From an uncultured bacterium (GTDB lineage Bacteria; Patescibacteriota; Minisyncoccia; Phycocordibacterales; UBA918): 64,000 nt of DNA. Position 1 is the stretch's first letter. The number at the start of each line of letters is the position of its first letter. The position numbers were made by a program, and so were the translations under genes. This document shows, piece after piece, positions 1 to 9,676 of this stretch. The DNA lies in assembly GCA_965652925.1 (NCBI GenBank), contig CBFGXL010000003.1, positions 9 to 64,008 on the forward strand. Direction: 5' to 3'. Below the pieces are notes generated by a model. It did no database searches. It was not told the DNA's origin and worked only from the letters and a program-made list of their open reading frames with translations.

Positions 1-48
1 GCGTTGCGCTAAAAAACCCGACGTGATTAGTTTTGGTATACTGGGGCA

Positions 49-1221
49 ATGGAGCCACTCGCATCCCAAGTGAGGCCTGCTCGCCTCGATGATTTTGTGG
101 GTCAGGACCATTTGGTTGGGCCGGGCATGCCGCTTCGCATTGCCATAGAAGAGAAACACCTTTTTTCATTCATCCTCTGGGGTCCTCCGGGTGTTGGGAA
201 AACGACGCTTGCTCGGATATATGCCCAGAGTGTCAATGCGTTGTTTTATGAACTCTCAGCAGTATCAGCAGGGAAAGATGATATTCGCAAAATTGTAAAA
301 GAGCGGCCATCCTTGCCGGGGCAACCGAAGATACTGTTTCTCGACGAGATACACCGTTTCAACAAGTCACAACAAGATTTTCTGCTTCCGTATGTTGAGT
401 CCGGTGAGCTGACACTCGTAGGTGCTACAACTGAGAATCCGAGCTTTGAAGTCATTTCGCCTCTCTTATCACGTGCACGCGTATTTGTCCTCCATGAACT
501 CACTACTGCAGAGATGGGTCTCATCATTAAGAATGCGGCAAAGAAAGCAAATATGAAGATAGGTGCAAAGGCGCTTTCTTGGCTGTCTGAGCTTGCCAAT
601 GGGGACGCTCGTCAGGCGCTGTCAATGCTTGAGGCGACGCATCATTTATATGGCACGTTGACTATTGAGCATTTTAAACAGGCATTGCAGGCGAAATTTC
701 TCCGCTATGACAAAAAAGGTGAGGAACATTACAACACCATCTCAGCATTTATAAAGAGTATGCGTGCTTCACAACCTGATGCCGCGATGTATTACCTGGC
801 GCGCATGCTTGATGCTGGGGAGGATCCAAAATTCATTGCACGGAGAATGATTATATTTGCAAGCGAAGATATTGGATTGGCACAGCCCACGGCACTTGTG
901 GTGGCGAATGCAGTATTCGAAGCTGTAGAGAAAGTTGGCCTCCCAGAAGCTGCACTCAATCTTGCCCATGGAGTCGCTTATCTCTCACAGGCAAAAAAAG
1001 ACCGAACAGCAAATGATGCCATTGCGCTTGCTGCAAATGACGTGAAGCAATACGGCAACTTACCCATACCTCTTATGATTCGAAATGCCCCCACCAAACT
1101 CATGAAAGAACTGGGGTATAAAAAGGGATATGAAAAATATACCAAAGAAGATCTACTCCCCGATAAAATCAAAGGCAGGCGATATTTCCCAAAGGGTAAC
1201 ATCAACGACGCAAAAAAATGA
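49..1221 (+). CDS. rarA: Replication-associated recombination protein A (AAA+ ATPase RarA/MgsA)
   Basis: Walker A GPPGVGKTT; Walker B/sensor region LFLDEIHRFNKSQQD; C-terminal MgsA helical and tetramerisation region. Full-length 390 aa. Confidence 0.9.
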   Translation: MEPLASQVRPARLDDFVGQDHLVGPGMPLRIAIEEKHLFSFILWGPPGVGKTTLARIYAQSVNALFYELSAVSAGKDDIRKIVKERPSLPGQPKILFLDEIHRFNKSQQDFLLPYVESGELTLVGATTENPSFEVISPLLSRARVFVLHELTTAEMGLIIKNAAKKANMKIGAKALSWLSELANGDARQALSMLEATHHLYGTLTIEHFKQALQAKFLRYDKKGEEHYNTISAFIKSMRASQPDAAMYYLARMLDAGEDPKFIARRMIIFASEDIGLAQPTALVVANAVFEAVEKVGLPEAALNLAHGVAYLSQAKKDRTANDAIALAANDVKQYGNLPIPLMIRNAPTKLMKELGYKKGYEKYTKEDLLPDKIKGRRYFPKGNINDAKK

Positions 1222-1711
1222 CCGTAAGCGGTACCAGCACGCCGACTGCAAACCCTCCAAGAACCTGGGATACTGTATGCACGCTGATCAACAGACGTGA
1301 ATAGCCTAGGAGTAATCCAAATATAAAAAGTAGCGTGACACAAATAGCAAGGAGGATCGTTTTTTCTTTGGCGTACTTTATTACGAGCCATGAGCACAAA
1401 ACCGCAATAAACATACCTGCCGCAGCATGGCCGCTCGGGAATGCATGTGACGAAAGTTCAACGAGCGCTCCCTCGGGACGGGGTACCGCAAAAATAAATT
1501 TAAGCAACACTACCGCTGCTGTTGTGGCACCAGAAGCATATAAAACCGTAAACGCATCTCTATATTTCTTAAGAGCAAACAGGAACAGCACAACTGCAGC
1601 ACAGAACACCCACAGCAAGGCTGTGGGTGTATAGTCGTGGATCAGCAATCCAAGTTCAGGAGTGAGGAGCATGTACTTATTGCGGAAAAGAGAAAGTGCC
1701 ATTGTTTCCAT
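1202..1711 (-). CDS. PAP2-family membrane phosphatase (lipid-phosphate/undecaprenyl-diphosphate phosphatase-like)
   Basis: Polytopic membrane protein with PAP2 signature motifs KFIFAVPRP, PSGH and SRLLISVHTVSQVLGG. Convergent with rarA, overlapping it by 20 nt. Confidence 0.6.
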   Translation of the reverse strand: METMALSLFRNKYMLLTPELGLLIHDYTPTALLWVFCAAVVLFLFALKKYRDAFTVLYASGATTAAVVLLKFIFAVPRPEGALVELSSHAFPSGHAAAGMFIAVLCSWLVIKYAKEKTILLAICVTLLFIFGLLLGYSRLLISVHTVSQVLGGFAVGVLVPLTVIFLRR

Positions 1712-2609
1712 CTGTTGGCGTGGTCGTTGCTATTTCCTCTGATGAGGTTCCCGTACTCTCTGAAGGGGCAGTATCTGGAGTGAGAACATTCTCTGCTTGT
1801 CTCCTTCCGCCATATTCCTCAACCTCGATGAAACGGAGCGCTTCAGCTACAGCCAATATTGCCCGAGGGAAGTCGTTCTCTTCTACCGCAGGTGCCACAC
1901 GGTTGATATACACTTGCGCATCGTCAACAACCTCATCGTCCAGTTCCGCATTATCAAGCTTCCGTGAGACTTCCTGCAGTTGTTCTGTTATAAATGCATA
2001 AATATTCTCCGGGGTCTCGCGCTCAACGAATCGGTCGACTCTGTCACTGAAGAGGTTTACACTCTCTCGGCGCACATCCTCCATTTCTTCCCCGAGTGAT
2101 TCCAGTCCTTGTGTATTTTCGGTCACACCTTCAATTGCAGCAGCAACACTTGCAAATGAACTCAGTACAAACAGAATGTCCGGAGATGTCATCTTGTTGT
2201 CGGGGAGATTGACCAGTTCAGTGAGTTTTGCCTGGTGCATATATACACGTTGTTTAAAGGCATCAATCTCCTCTTGTGTAACGGTTTCCTTTTCAGAGAC
2301 TTTCTTGATCTCAGCAAGGCGTGTTTCCATTCGTTTTACCTGGTAGGTTGCCTTACTTTTGGCATCGAACTGGACGGATTCCTGCAAACCTTCAAGGAAT
2401 CCTGTTTTCATGCCATACAGCGTTTCACCAGGGAGACTTCGCGAAGCCATAAAACCGATTGCAAGAAGTACGAGGAAAAATATGACAGCTACTAGTGCAG
2501 CTTTCTTTGTTTGTTCAGTAAGCGGCCCGTGTGTCCACCATGCAATAAGGTTGTTCTGTGGAGATTTTGCCTTTGTTGTTTCTCCATCTGTGTGTATTTG
2601 ATTATCCAT
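1677..2609 (-). CDS. Hypothetical membrane-anchored coiled-coil protein
   Basis: Single N-terminal TM helix (ALVAVIFFLVLLAIGFMA) followed by long acidic helical segments. No recognised catalytic motif. Confidence 0.45.
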   Translation of the reverse strand: MDNQIHTDGETTKAKSPQNNLIAWWTHGPLTEQTKKAALVAVIFFLVLLAIGFMASRSLPGETLYGMKTGFLEGLQESVQFDAKSKATYQVKRMETRLAEIKKVSEKETVTQEEIDAFKQRVYMHQAKLTELVNLPDNKMTSPDILFVLSSFASVAAAIEGVTENTQGLESLGEEMEDVRRESVNLFSDRVDRFVERETPENIYAFITEQLQEVSRKLDNAELDDEVVDDAQVYINRVAPAVEENDFPRAILAVAEALRFIEVEEYGGRRQAENVLTPDTAPSESTGTSSEEIATTTPTDGNNGTFSFPQ

Positions 2610-3028
2610 ACAATAGCTGAAATATTATCTTCTGCTTCACACTGCATCTCTGAATGCCTGATCCGTTCAGTTCAGTGTTGAACTCTACTTTATTTCTATG
2701 AAGACATAATGAAGAGCTTGTCTTTATTATATCTTCATCTTGCTTATGTATAAAAGTACTGATGCAGTTTATGAAAGCATTATTCAGTATCCTTCTTGTT
2801 GCGTACACGCTTTATAGGCGTATACGGGTACTGTTTTCTCTATTCAAACGATGATATGGCAATTTTTTTGAAAGTCGTTATTGGTTTCTTTCTGTTCCTT
2901 GTTCTTGCGCTTTTTATCTTGGCGTATCTTGGGCCTGTTCCTGCTCAGAATGATCGTTTCACTCAAAGCTTCATACTTCTTTCACTACGGTAGGACACTA
3001 TAGCAGAGCAGAAGAATTCTAAAGAAAC

Positions 3029-3403
3029 ATGAAACCGACACTACTGAACAAATATGGATACGTTTGGGTGACACTCGTTCTTTTCTTCGGAAGTTTCATT
3101 GGACATTGGTCATTTGCTTGGCTCGCATTCGTGAATGAACAGGCAGTTTTAGGACAACAACCTGATATCGGGGATTACTTTGTTGAGGTAGCACGCGATA
3201 CCTTCGAGAACTGGCAGTCAGAATTTTTACAGCTCATATGGCAAGTTGCTGGGTTGGCACTGCTCTTGTATGTGGGATCGCCGCAGTCAAAAGAAGGGGA
3301 TGACCGTAAGGAAGAGAAACTTGACCACATTCTCCGTGCAGCATATGGGGAAAAAGCACAAAGTATCATCTCCGAACTTGAGAGAAAATATCCCCGGAAA
3401 TAA
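3029..3403 (+). CDS. Hypothetical small membrane protein
   Basis: Two predicted TM helices and a charged C-terminus. Preceded by an AT-rich region. Confidence 0.4.
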   Translation: MKPTLLNKYGYVWVTLVLFFGSFIGHWSFAWLAFVNEQAVLGQQPDIGDYFVEVARDTFENWQSEFLQLIWQVAGLALLLYVGSPQSKEGDDRKEEKLDHILRAAYGEKAQSIISELERKYPRK

Positions 3404-3438
3404 TTGCATACAACTTGCAACAGGTGCATAGTATCAAT

Positions 3439-3825
3439 ATGAAATCCGATCAAGAACTGAAACAGGAGAACCCCGAACTATACCGAATCGCGCGAGAGCA
3501 GGGTACAGAAGCACCTTTTACAGGTGCGTATGTAGAGGAAAAAAGAAGCGGCATATATCACTGTGCAGTATGTGACGCGGCATTATTCTCGTCTGATTCG
3601 AAGTTTGACAGTAAATCAGGATGGCCTTCTTTCACAGATCCTGCTGTTGCACGCGCGGTAACGCTCCATCCTGATGAGTCCCACGGCATGGTTAGAACTG
3701 AAGTACGTTGTGCGCACTGCGGCGCACATCTCGGGCATGTGTTTCCTGACGGTCCAGTGAAAGGCACCAAGACATGCGACCGTTATTGCATCAACAGCGT
3801 GTCGCTGGTCCTTAAAGAAGAATGA
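3439..3825 (+). CDS. msrB: Peptide methionine-(R)-S-oxide reductase MsrB
   Basis: Two CxxC zinc pairs (CAVCDAAL, CAHCGAHLGHVF) and SelR catalytic region RTEVRCAHC. Start moved to the internal ATG (MKSDQEL) by analogy with typical MsrB N-termini. Confidence 0.9.
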   Translation: MKSDQELKQENPELYRIAREQGTEAPFTGAYVEEKRSGIYHCAVCDAALFSSDSKFDSKSGWPSFTDPAVARAVTLHPDESHGMVRTEVRCAHCGAHLGHVFPDGPVKGTKTCDRYCINSVSLVLKEE

Positions 3826-3831
3826 TTACGT

Positions 3832-4320
3832 ATGACAAAGCAAGCATATCTCGCTGGAGGTTGTTTTTGGGGACTCGAAGAGCTGTTTCGGACGCTTCCA
3901 GGAGTGAGTGACACCGAGGCGGGATACACAGGCGGCACAAATGATAATCCAACCTACGAGCATCACCCGGGGCATGCTGAAGCTTTGTGCATTACATATG
4001 ATGCAGATAAAATTTCATACAAGCAGCTGCTCGATTTCTTTTTTCAGATTCACAATCCCACCACGCTTAATAGGCAGGGTAATGATATAGGGAGCTCATA
4101 CCGTTCTGCGATTTTCTTTGCAAATGAGGAGGAGAAAAATATTGCACTAGAGATGATCACTATTGTGAATGCATCGAAGCGGTGGAAAGACCCGGTTGTT
4201 ACAACACTCGAACCGTTCAGCGGTTTCTACAAAGCTGAAGAATATCATCAGGATTATTTACAGAAGCATCCAGGCGGATACACATGTCATGCCATATACT
4301 TCGATAGTTACCTGAATTAG
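3832..4320 (+). CDS. msrA: Peptide methionine-(S)-S-oxide reductase MsrA
   Basis: N-terminal active-site motif AYLAGGCFWGLEE. Lies 7 nt after msrB. Confidence 0.9.
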   Translation: MTKQAYLAGGCFWGLEELFRTLPGVSDTEAGYTGGTNDNPTYEHHPGHAEALCITYDADKISYKQLLDFFFQIHNPTTLNRQGNDIGSSYRSAIFFANEEEKNIALEMITIVNASKRWKDPVVTTLEPFSGFYKAEEYHQDYLQKHPGGYTCHAIYFDSYLN

Positions 4321-4323
4321 CGT

Positions 4324-5547
4324 CTATCGATATTGCGCCAATTCTTCCTTAAGACGGGAGATCTCTTTCTTGAGCTCAATCATTTTCAGTTCACGCTCTA
4401 CCATGAGCTTATTCATTCCCGCCTTTTCTTCGAGGCTCTTGCGCAGGCTCTCATTTGATTCTTTCTCTTTTTGATTGAGCTCCTGCTGTTTCTGAAGTTC
4501 TCGTTCTTCCAACTTCTTGTATTTAGCAAGTTCATCAAACAAATGGTTTATCTGTTCTGCAAGCTTTCCCACATCATCTTTTCCTCCCATATGCACTTCA
4601 GCAAAACTGAGGTTGTCCATCGAAATAGCCCGCATCTCTTTACTTAACTGGGCAAAACGTCGCAAGAGGAGTTTTTCAAGCAGAATCAGTATTGTTCCGC
4701 CAAGTAGCAGGATGGAGACTATTGAGATCAATAAAAATGCGCGTATTGTGTCTTCTCCCTGGGCAGTTATTTCGCGGGGGACATCAATTTTTATGATAAG
4801 TGCAGGTTCACCCATTATGTTGTCGAGCTTAAAATATCCTGCAAGCGTGTCCTTCGAAAGTTTTTGTATAACAGAAGGGGTAACGTCGAGCTGTTGTTGT
4901 GCATATCCAACATCTGCGGGGAGTTCCTGATCTGGGGTAAATGTCTCAATAGATAATTGGGTGACATCCTCAAGCCCTTCCATAAGCTCGTCATCGATAA
5001 ATCTGCCAAATATCAGCGTACCAGCTTTTGGGCCTGAGCCGTCGCTGTATGTAATTGGCTGGGAAACAACAAGCATCGTGCCCTCCTGTAAACTGATGAG
5101 TCCTTGCATCCCTTCTTCGTCCGGAGAAAGAAGGGAGGGGTAACTTAAGATCTGTTGCGTGATTGATGAGGATGGAACATTCACTTCTTCTGCAAGATCA
5201 ACCAGAGTTGAGAAGACAACCTCATTGTTATTGTTGATAAAGGCCATCAGATTGATCTGCAAATTTATCAGTGTTTCATCCGAAAGGTTGGATTCAATGT
5301 ATTCAGTATTGCCGTCGCCTATAAATTGATATGTATCATCCCATTGTGCCCAGTCTGCGAGTTTTATCTGCAGTGAAACTAATTTTTCGTCGAACGAACT
5401 GTGTACTCGGGTAAGGTTCTGCTCCATCTGCGCAGTTTCAATTTTCTCAAAGCTTTTAAGAAGCACGACTTGTGAGATGGTATATATCACCCCTGCAAGA
5501 AGGAGGACACTGGTAATAATTACAGCAATGATTTTAAGTCTGATCAT
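4324..5547 (-). CDS. Kinase-less membrane signal transducer: large extracytoplasmic domain, TM, HAMP, coiled coil, conserved C-terminal RELKMIELKK helix
   Basis: N-terminal TM helix, an extracytoplasmic domain of about 250 aa, a second TM helix, a HAMP-like segment (LLRRFAQLSKEMRAISMDNLSFAEV..GKDDVGKLAEQINHLFDELA), then coiled coil ending MVERELKMIELKKEISRLKEELAQYR. No HisKA or HATPase domain. Confidence 0.65.
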   Translation of the reverse strand: MIRLKIIAVIITSVLLLAGVIYTISQVVLLKSFEKIETAQMEQNLTRVHSSFDEKLVSLQIKLADWAQWDDTYQFIGDGNTEYIESNLSDETLINLQINLMAFINNNNEVVFSTLVDLAEEVNVPSSSITQQILSYPSLLSPDEEGMQGLISLQEGTMLVVSQPITYSDGSGPKAGTLIFGRFIDDELMEGLEDVTQLSIETFTPDQELPADVGYAQQQLDVTPSVIQKLSKDTLAGYFKLDNIMGEPALIIKIDVPREITAQGEDTIRAFLLISIVSILLLGGTILILLEKLLLRRFAQLSKEMRAISMDNLSFAEVHMGGKDDVGKLAEQINHLFDELAKYKKLEERELQKQQELNQKEKESNESLRKSLEEKAGMNKLMVERELKMIELKKEISRLKEELAQYR

Positions 5548-5667
5548 GGTATACGTACATTCTATAATGGATGAGATAAGAAGTTCTGGAGTGTCAGTGT
5601 GTATAGTGACAGTCCTTTGTTATGGTGCGCGTGTGATAATGAGTGAAAGCTAAGTTTAATTAAAATT

Positions 5668-6714
5668 ATGAAATGGATATTGGGTTTAATCGCTGTGCTG
5701 TTAGTGGCAGGAGGTGTTGCCACATACGTACTTTTGTTCCTACAGCCTTCTGATCAAGGTTTGACACAGATAGCGGATGAGGACCGGCTTGTAATAGGCC
5801 TTTCGATGGGGACACTTCGCTCTGAGCGCTGGGTACAAGACCGGGATCATTTTGTTGCTCGCGCCGAAGAATTGGGTGCAGAGGTGATTGTTTTTTCAGC
5901 TAATGAGGATCCAGAAGAACAGAACAGGCAGGCTGAAAATCTTATTCTCCAAGGCGTTGATGTGCTCGTAGTTGTTGCAGAAGACTCACAGAAAGCCTCT
6001 GTAATAGTAGATTACGCACATGCAGCTGGTATTAAAGTTATTGCATATGACCGACTGATCCAAAATCCGTCTCTTGATTACTATGTCACCTTTGACAACG
6101 TCAAGGTGGGCGAATACCAGGCACAGAAAGTCTTGGACGTGGTGCCGGAAGGAGATTTTGCCTATGTGGGTGGATCTCCAACTGACAACAATGCATATCT
6201 GGTGAAGGAGGGTAGTATGAACGTATTACAGCCACTGATCGACGAAGGGAAGGTCAACCTTGTCTTTGACGAGTTTAGTGATGACTGGAAGCAGGAAATT
6301 GCATATCAGAATATAAAAGAATTTCTCACTGAAGGTGGAAGCGTTGACGCGGTTATCGCCGCAAATGATTCTACGGCAGCGGGAGTCATACAGGCTTTGG
6401 AAGAGGCGGATCTTGCAGGAAAAGTTCCCGTGTCGGGACAAGATGCAGCGCTTGGTGCAGTACAGAATATCGTAGCGGGGAAACAGACAGTCAGCATTTA
6501 CAAGCCGATTAAGGAACTTGCCTATAAGGCTGCCGAAATCGCAGTTGCTGTTGTTAAGGAGGAGCCATTTATGGTGAATTATCATACTGAAAATGGCGAT
6601 TCAACCACTCCATCTTTCCTACTGGATGTAGTTCCGGTGACAAAGGACAATATCGATGAAACCGTCATCAAAGATGGTTTCCACAAGCGAGAAGAAGTTT
6701 ACTTTGGACAATAG
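5668..6714 (+). CDS. Membrane-anchored periplasmic-binding-protein fold I (sugar-binding-type) substrate-binding protein
   Basis: N-terminal TM or signal anchor; type I periplasmic binding protein fold resembling ribose/xylose-binding proteins (VIGLSMGTL..RW, VDVLVVVAED, GIKVIAYDR). No ABC permease or ATPase gene nearby; it sits immediately upstream of the HAMP transducer. Confidence 0.7.
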   Translation: MKWILGLIAVLLVAGGVATYVLLFLQPSDQGLTQIADEDRLVIGLSMGTLRSERWVQDRDHFVARAEELGAEVIVFSANEDPEEQNRQAENLILQGVDVLVVVAEDSQKASVIVDYAHAAGIKVIAYDRLIQNPSLDYYVTFDNVKVGEYQAQKVLDVVPEGDFAYVGGSPTDNNAYLVKEGSMNVLQPLIDEGKVNLVFDEFSDDWKQEIAYQNIKEFLTEGGSVDAVIAANDSTAAGVIQALEEADLAGKVPVSGQDAALGAVQNIVAGKQTVSIYKPIKELAYKAAEIAVAVVKEEPFMVNYHTENGDSTTPSFLLDVVPVTKDNIDETVIKDGFHKREEVYFGQ

Positions 6715-6720
6715 AACTGT

Positions 6721-7671
6721 ATGAGCATACGACAGAAAATATTCCTTTCTTCTGTTGTTGTTGTATTCCTGATGTTTATTGCTCTTGCCAGCTTCTTTTT
6801 TTTCCACCGTGTAGCCATTGTCGAATATAAGACCATATCCGAGAATCTCATTCTTGAAAATGAATTGGCACAAAAAGTAAATGTACTTGTTGAATCATAC
6901 AATGCCATTGTTATTGCCCCATCAAGTCAGGAGAGGAAGGAGACCTATAAGGCCAATTACGAAGATATAGCTCGTATCATACGCACGCTTGATGAGGCAG
7001 TTGAAAGTGAAGACAGTAAAGTTGCGTATGCTGGGCTCAGACGCATTGTGCTCCTTCTTCTTGAGGATTGTCAAAATGGTATAACCGCACTTGAAAGTGG
7101 TGACACGACAGTTGCGCTCGAATATTACAATGATGCGCAGCACAAGCTTGGCTTCGTCCTTTCAAATACCACCTCGTTTTTGCTCACCGAGATACAGCAC
7201 CTGCATGAGGTGCAAGAGAGGATAGAGAAGCGTTACAGCCAACAGCTGTGGGCAACAGCTTTGTGGACACTCCTTTTGGTCTTTGGTGCTGTTTTGTATG
7301 CACTTATCTTTGCTCGCAGGATCACTTCACCGGTTAATATGCTCTCACATATTTCTGCAAAAGTTTCTGAAGGCAACTTCAATCAGCAAATTCCACAAGA
7401 ACTTCTCAGCCGTTCTGATGAGGTCGGAGGTTTTGCACGCTCATTTCACGTTATGCTCGAGAAACTTAACCACAAAATTAACCAGGTAGAGACAGCAAAT
7501 GAGACGATCCTCAAAACTCAAGAGGACCTAACAGTGCGTAATCAAGAACTTGAAAAATTCAATCGTATGGTTGTTGGCCGAGAGTTGAAAATGATCGAGC
7601 TTAAAGAACGTATTGCAACACTTGAAGAGAAGCTCAAAGATTGCGATCAGGCGAAGTTAAAAAGCGAATGA
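6721..7671 (+). CDS. Kinase-less membrane signal transducer: periplasmic domain, TM, HAMP, coiled coil, conserved C-terminal RELKMIELKERI helix
   Basis: TM1 (VVVVFLMFIALASFFFF), periplasmic helical domain of about 150 aa, TM2, HAMP (ARRITSPVNMLSHISAKVSEGNFNQQIP..DEVGGFARSFHVMLEKL), coiled coil ending MVVGRELKMIELKERIATLEEKLKD. No kinase domain. Convergent with the downstream histidine kinase, overlapping it by 38 nt. Confidence 0.65.
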   Translation: MSIRQKIFLSSVVVVFLMFIALASFFFFHRVAIVEYKTISENLILENELAQKVNVLVESYNAIVIAPSSQERKETYKANYEDIARIIRTLDEAVESEDSKVAYAGLRRIVLLLLEDCQNGITALESGDTTVALEYYNDAQHKLGFVLSNTTSFLLTEIQHLHEVQERIEKRYSQQLWATALWTLLLVFGAVLYALIFARRITSPVNMLSHISAKVSEGNFNQQIPQELLSRSDEVGGFARSFHVMLEKLNHKINQVETANETILKTQEDLTVRNQELEKFNRMVVGRELKMIELKERIATLEEKLKDCDQAKLKSE

Positions 7672-9676
7672 CAAAAGTGGTGTCGCCGTGTTCATTCTTG
7701 GCTGCGGTGATAGTTCCATTGTGCAGCTCGACGATTTTTTTGCTGATGGCCAATCCGAGACCTGTGCCCTTAATTGAGCTTGTGGTATGCGTCCGATAGA
7801 AACGCTCAAAAATGTGGGGCAGGTCAGTTGTGTCTATACCGAGTCCGTTATCTGTAATTTGAATTTGTATCGCGTCATCTTTCATGGAGAGAGAAAGAGA
7901 AATAAATGGTTTGCTTTTCTTGGGATCGCTGTATTTGACCGCATTGCTCACCAGATTCGTAAGCAGTTCACGAATCTGTGGTACATCGCATGAAAAGAAA
8001 ATATTCCGCTCGATATTTTTTTCAAATGCTATGCCCTGATGCTGTGCCATCACTTCAAAGTATTCAACAAGTTCTTGCAACAAATCACTGAGATTACATT
8101 TTTTCTTCGCTACTATTTTTTCACCCGCATTTTCAAGCTGTGCAAGATGCAAAAGATCGTATACAAATGCAGATATGTCATCAATAGTACGCTCAAATAA
8201 ATTAAATGTGTCATCTTGGGGCAAATGTTTCCGCAACAATGCAAGCTGTGATTTAACCACGGTTAAGGGGCTTTGCAATTTGTGTGAAATATCGAGTAAG
8301 ATTTGCGCCTGATGATCTTGCATGTCGCGTATTTGCTGCGTACGCTGTGCAACGCGCGCCTCAAGGTCTTTCGAATATGCCTGCACTTCGCTATAGAGTC
8401 TCGCTTTTTGGAATGCTGATGCGATCTGGTGCGAAAAGGTCCTGATAAGGACCAAATCCTCATCAGTGTACGGATCGCCTGACTTTTTCGTACCCATGAA
8501 GATCCCGCCAATGGCATTTCCCTCAAAGATAATAGGGACATTGAGTGTGACCCTCTTTTCGTTTTTTGTGTCGTCATTGAACTGATCTAGTTCATTTTCG
8601 TTTACAAACTCGACTCTCACGAGGGTGGTTTTAAGGATCCTTCCAAGGGTTTCTTCAGTGAGTTGTTGAATGTCTTTAAGAAGAACACTCTTATGTATCT
8701 TCTCGCTCAGCTCGTAGAGAGCATCAGCATAGTTGTACGTATCCTTGAAGAAAAACCTGTCAGTTTTTTTGCGCAGATACCGGTCTATGTGCGGGACGGA
8801 GAAAATACCAAGCACAGTGGTGATACCGGCATTTACCATAATTGCCGTAAGAGTCATCTGTTGCAGGAAAAAGCTTGTCAGTGTGATGATCGATAGATAA
8901 AAACTTACGATAAAGGCAAACAGCAGAGAATAAATAATTCCTCGCTGTACTACAATGCGAATATCGAAGAGTTTGTGTTTCAGGATCGCGTATGCGGTTG
9001 TAATTGCTAAGATCACTGAAAATTGTGGCGCGACGTTAAAGAAACGCAATTCACCCAGAAGCGGAAGGATGATCCCAAACGTAACCCCACCAAAAAATAA
9101 AGCGAGGAACCCAATGGTGATATAGAGAGTTTGCAGCTTTCTCTCCCCGGTTGCCTTTTTAAAGAGACGTAGTAGCCGTGATAGAACATACAGCAGTCCG
9201 CCGAAAAGAAAAACGAGATAGAAATAATATTGAACTCCAGGAATGATCTGCGCTGGTTCGCCTTCGGGGAATGCAGTGCCTAATATCGCATAGTCAGAGA
9301 AAGAAAAAATGGCAAACAAGGCACTTGGGAGGGCATAAAAAACAAGGCGCTGAAAAGATGGCAGACGCCCGTCGACGAATGTGTCAACAAATATGAGAAA
9401 GAAGGTAACTATAAATGCGCTTGCAGTAAATGCAATGCCGCTCCATATAATAAGCGGGGTAGGCGACGTTGAGATATCAGCGGCGGCGTTCCCTCCTATC
9501 CATAAAGCATCAGCAAGAATGTAGAGAATGAAGACATGGGTAAGCGGATCTTTTTTACCCTTTACGAAAAGAAAAACTGCAATACCGACCGAAAGGACCG
9601 TCAGTATTGCAGCTGTGTAGGTAAAGAGAAACATATGTCTATATCGTTGAGAAGTCGGAAGCAAGGAAAGCTCCAT
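7634..9676 (-). CDS. Sensor histidine kinase (N-terminal multi-TM sensor domain, GAF-like region, HisKA, HATPase_c)
   Basis: At least 8 predicted TM helices at the N-terminus. H-box ISHKLQSPLT; N box NLVSNAVKYS; G1 DNGLGI; G2 GTGLGLAISKKIV. Confidence 0.85.
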   Translation of the reverse strand: MELSLLPTSQRYRHMFLFTYTAAILTVLSVGIAVFLFVKGKKDPLTHVFILYILADALWIGGNAAADISTSPTPLIIWSGIAFTASAFIVTFFLIFVDTFVDGRLPSFQRLVFYALPSALFAIFSFSDYAILGTAFPEGEPAQIIPGVQYYFYLVFLFGGLLYVLSRLLRLFKKATGERKLQTLYITIGFLALFFGGVTFGIILPLLGELRFFNVAPQFSVILAITTAYAILKHKLFDIRIVVQRGIIYSLLFAFIVSFYLSIITLTSFFLQQMTLTAIMVNAGITTVLGIFSVPHIDRYLRKKTDRFFFKDTYNYADALYELSEKIHKSVLLKDIQQLTEETLGRILKTTLVRVEFVNENELDQFNDDTKNEKRVTLNVPIIFEGNAIGGIFMGTKKSGDPYTDEDLVLIRTFSHQIASAFQKARLYSEVQAYSKDLEARVAQRTQQIRDMQDHQAQILLDISHKLQSPLTVVKSQLALLRKHLPQDDTFNLFERTIDDISAFVYDLLHLAQLENAGEKIVAKKKCNLSDLLQELVEYFEVMAQHQGIAFEKNIERNIFFSCDVPQIRELLTNLVSNAVKYSDPKKSKPFISLSLSMKDDAIQIQITDNGLGIDTTDLPHIFERFYRTHTTSSIKGTGLGLAISKKIVELHNGTITAAKNEHGDTTFVIRFLTSPDRNL

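Noticed and set aside
246-599. 117-aa minus-strand ORF inside rarA, with similar antisense ORFs inside other long genes (e.g. 17850..18407, 18200..18625, 50904..51695, 19010..19534, 40696..41376)
   Set aside because: They lie fully inside well-supported genes on the opposite strand and have low-complexity, Ser/Arg/Cys-rich translations typical of antisense frames. No motifs were found.
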